Assembly (NCBI GenBank): GCA_910592345.1
Contig: CAJVPI010000292.1
Coordinates: 1 to 36,511 of the forward strand
Origin: Paraglomus brasilianum
Taxonomy: Eukaryota
DNA: 36,511 nucleotides
Direction: 5' to 3'
A program made the translations under genes and the position numbers. The notes under the pieces were generated by a model that did not search any database, was not told the DNA's origin, and saw only the letters and a list, made by a program, of their open reading frames with translations. Shown here one piece after another: positions 36,501 to 36,511 of the stretch. Each line of letters begins with the position of its first letter. Positions within the stretch are counted from its first letter, which is position 1.

Positions 36501-36511
36501 CGATGCTTAGT

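Overview
Intron-rich eukaryotic (fungal) genomic DNA with short GT-AG introns and CTAA(C/T) branch points. The accessory content (Uma2-type nuclease relic, TRP-like channel fragment, Tc1/pogo/mariner debris) suggests an early-diverging fungus, probably Glomeromycota/Mucoromycota (inference). Conserved genes read by splicing manually: two divergent C2-domain paralogs, ER FKBP (FPR2), EMI1/DUF3128, LSM3, a HAPSTR1-like gene, a mitochondrial PPR protein, ETF-alpha, a ZCCHC8-like protein, SHP1/UBX1, VPS28 and an intronless SEC14. Accessory tracts (about 9.3-13.9 kb, 15-21.3 kb, 24.4-26.2 kb and 35-36.5 kb) hold TA-flanked MITEs, transposase relics and pseudogenes. The most notable items are a quasi-periodic repeat-spacer array beside a small Cys/His-rich ORF at the right edge, a decayed bacterial-type Uma2 nuclease carrying an intron, a zinc-finger-like motif and a basic tail, and a 6-nt microexon conserved in both C2 paralogs.
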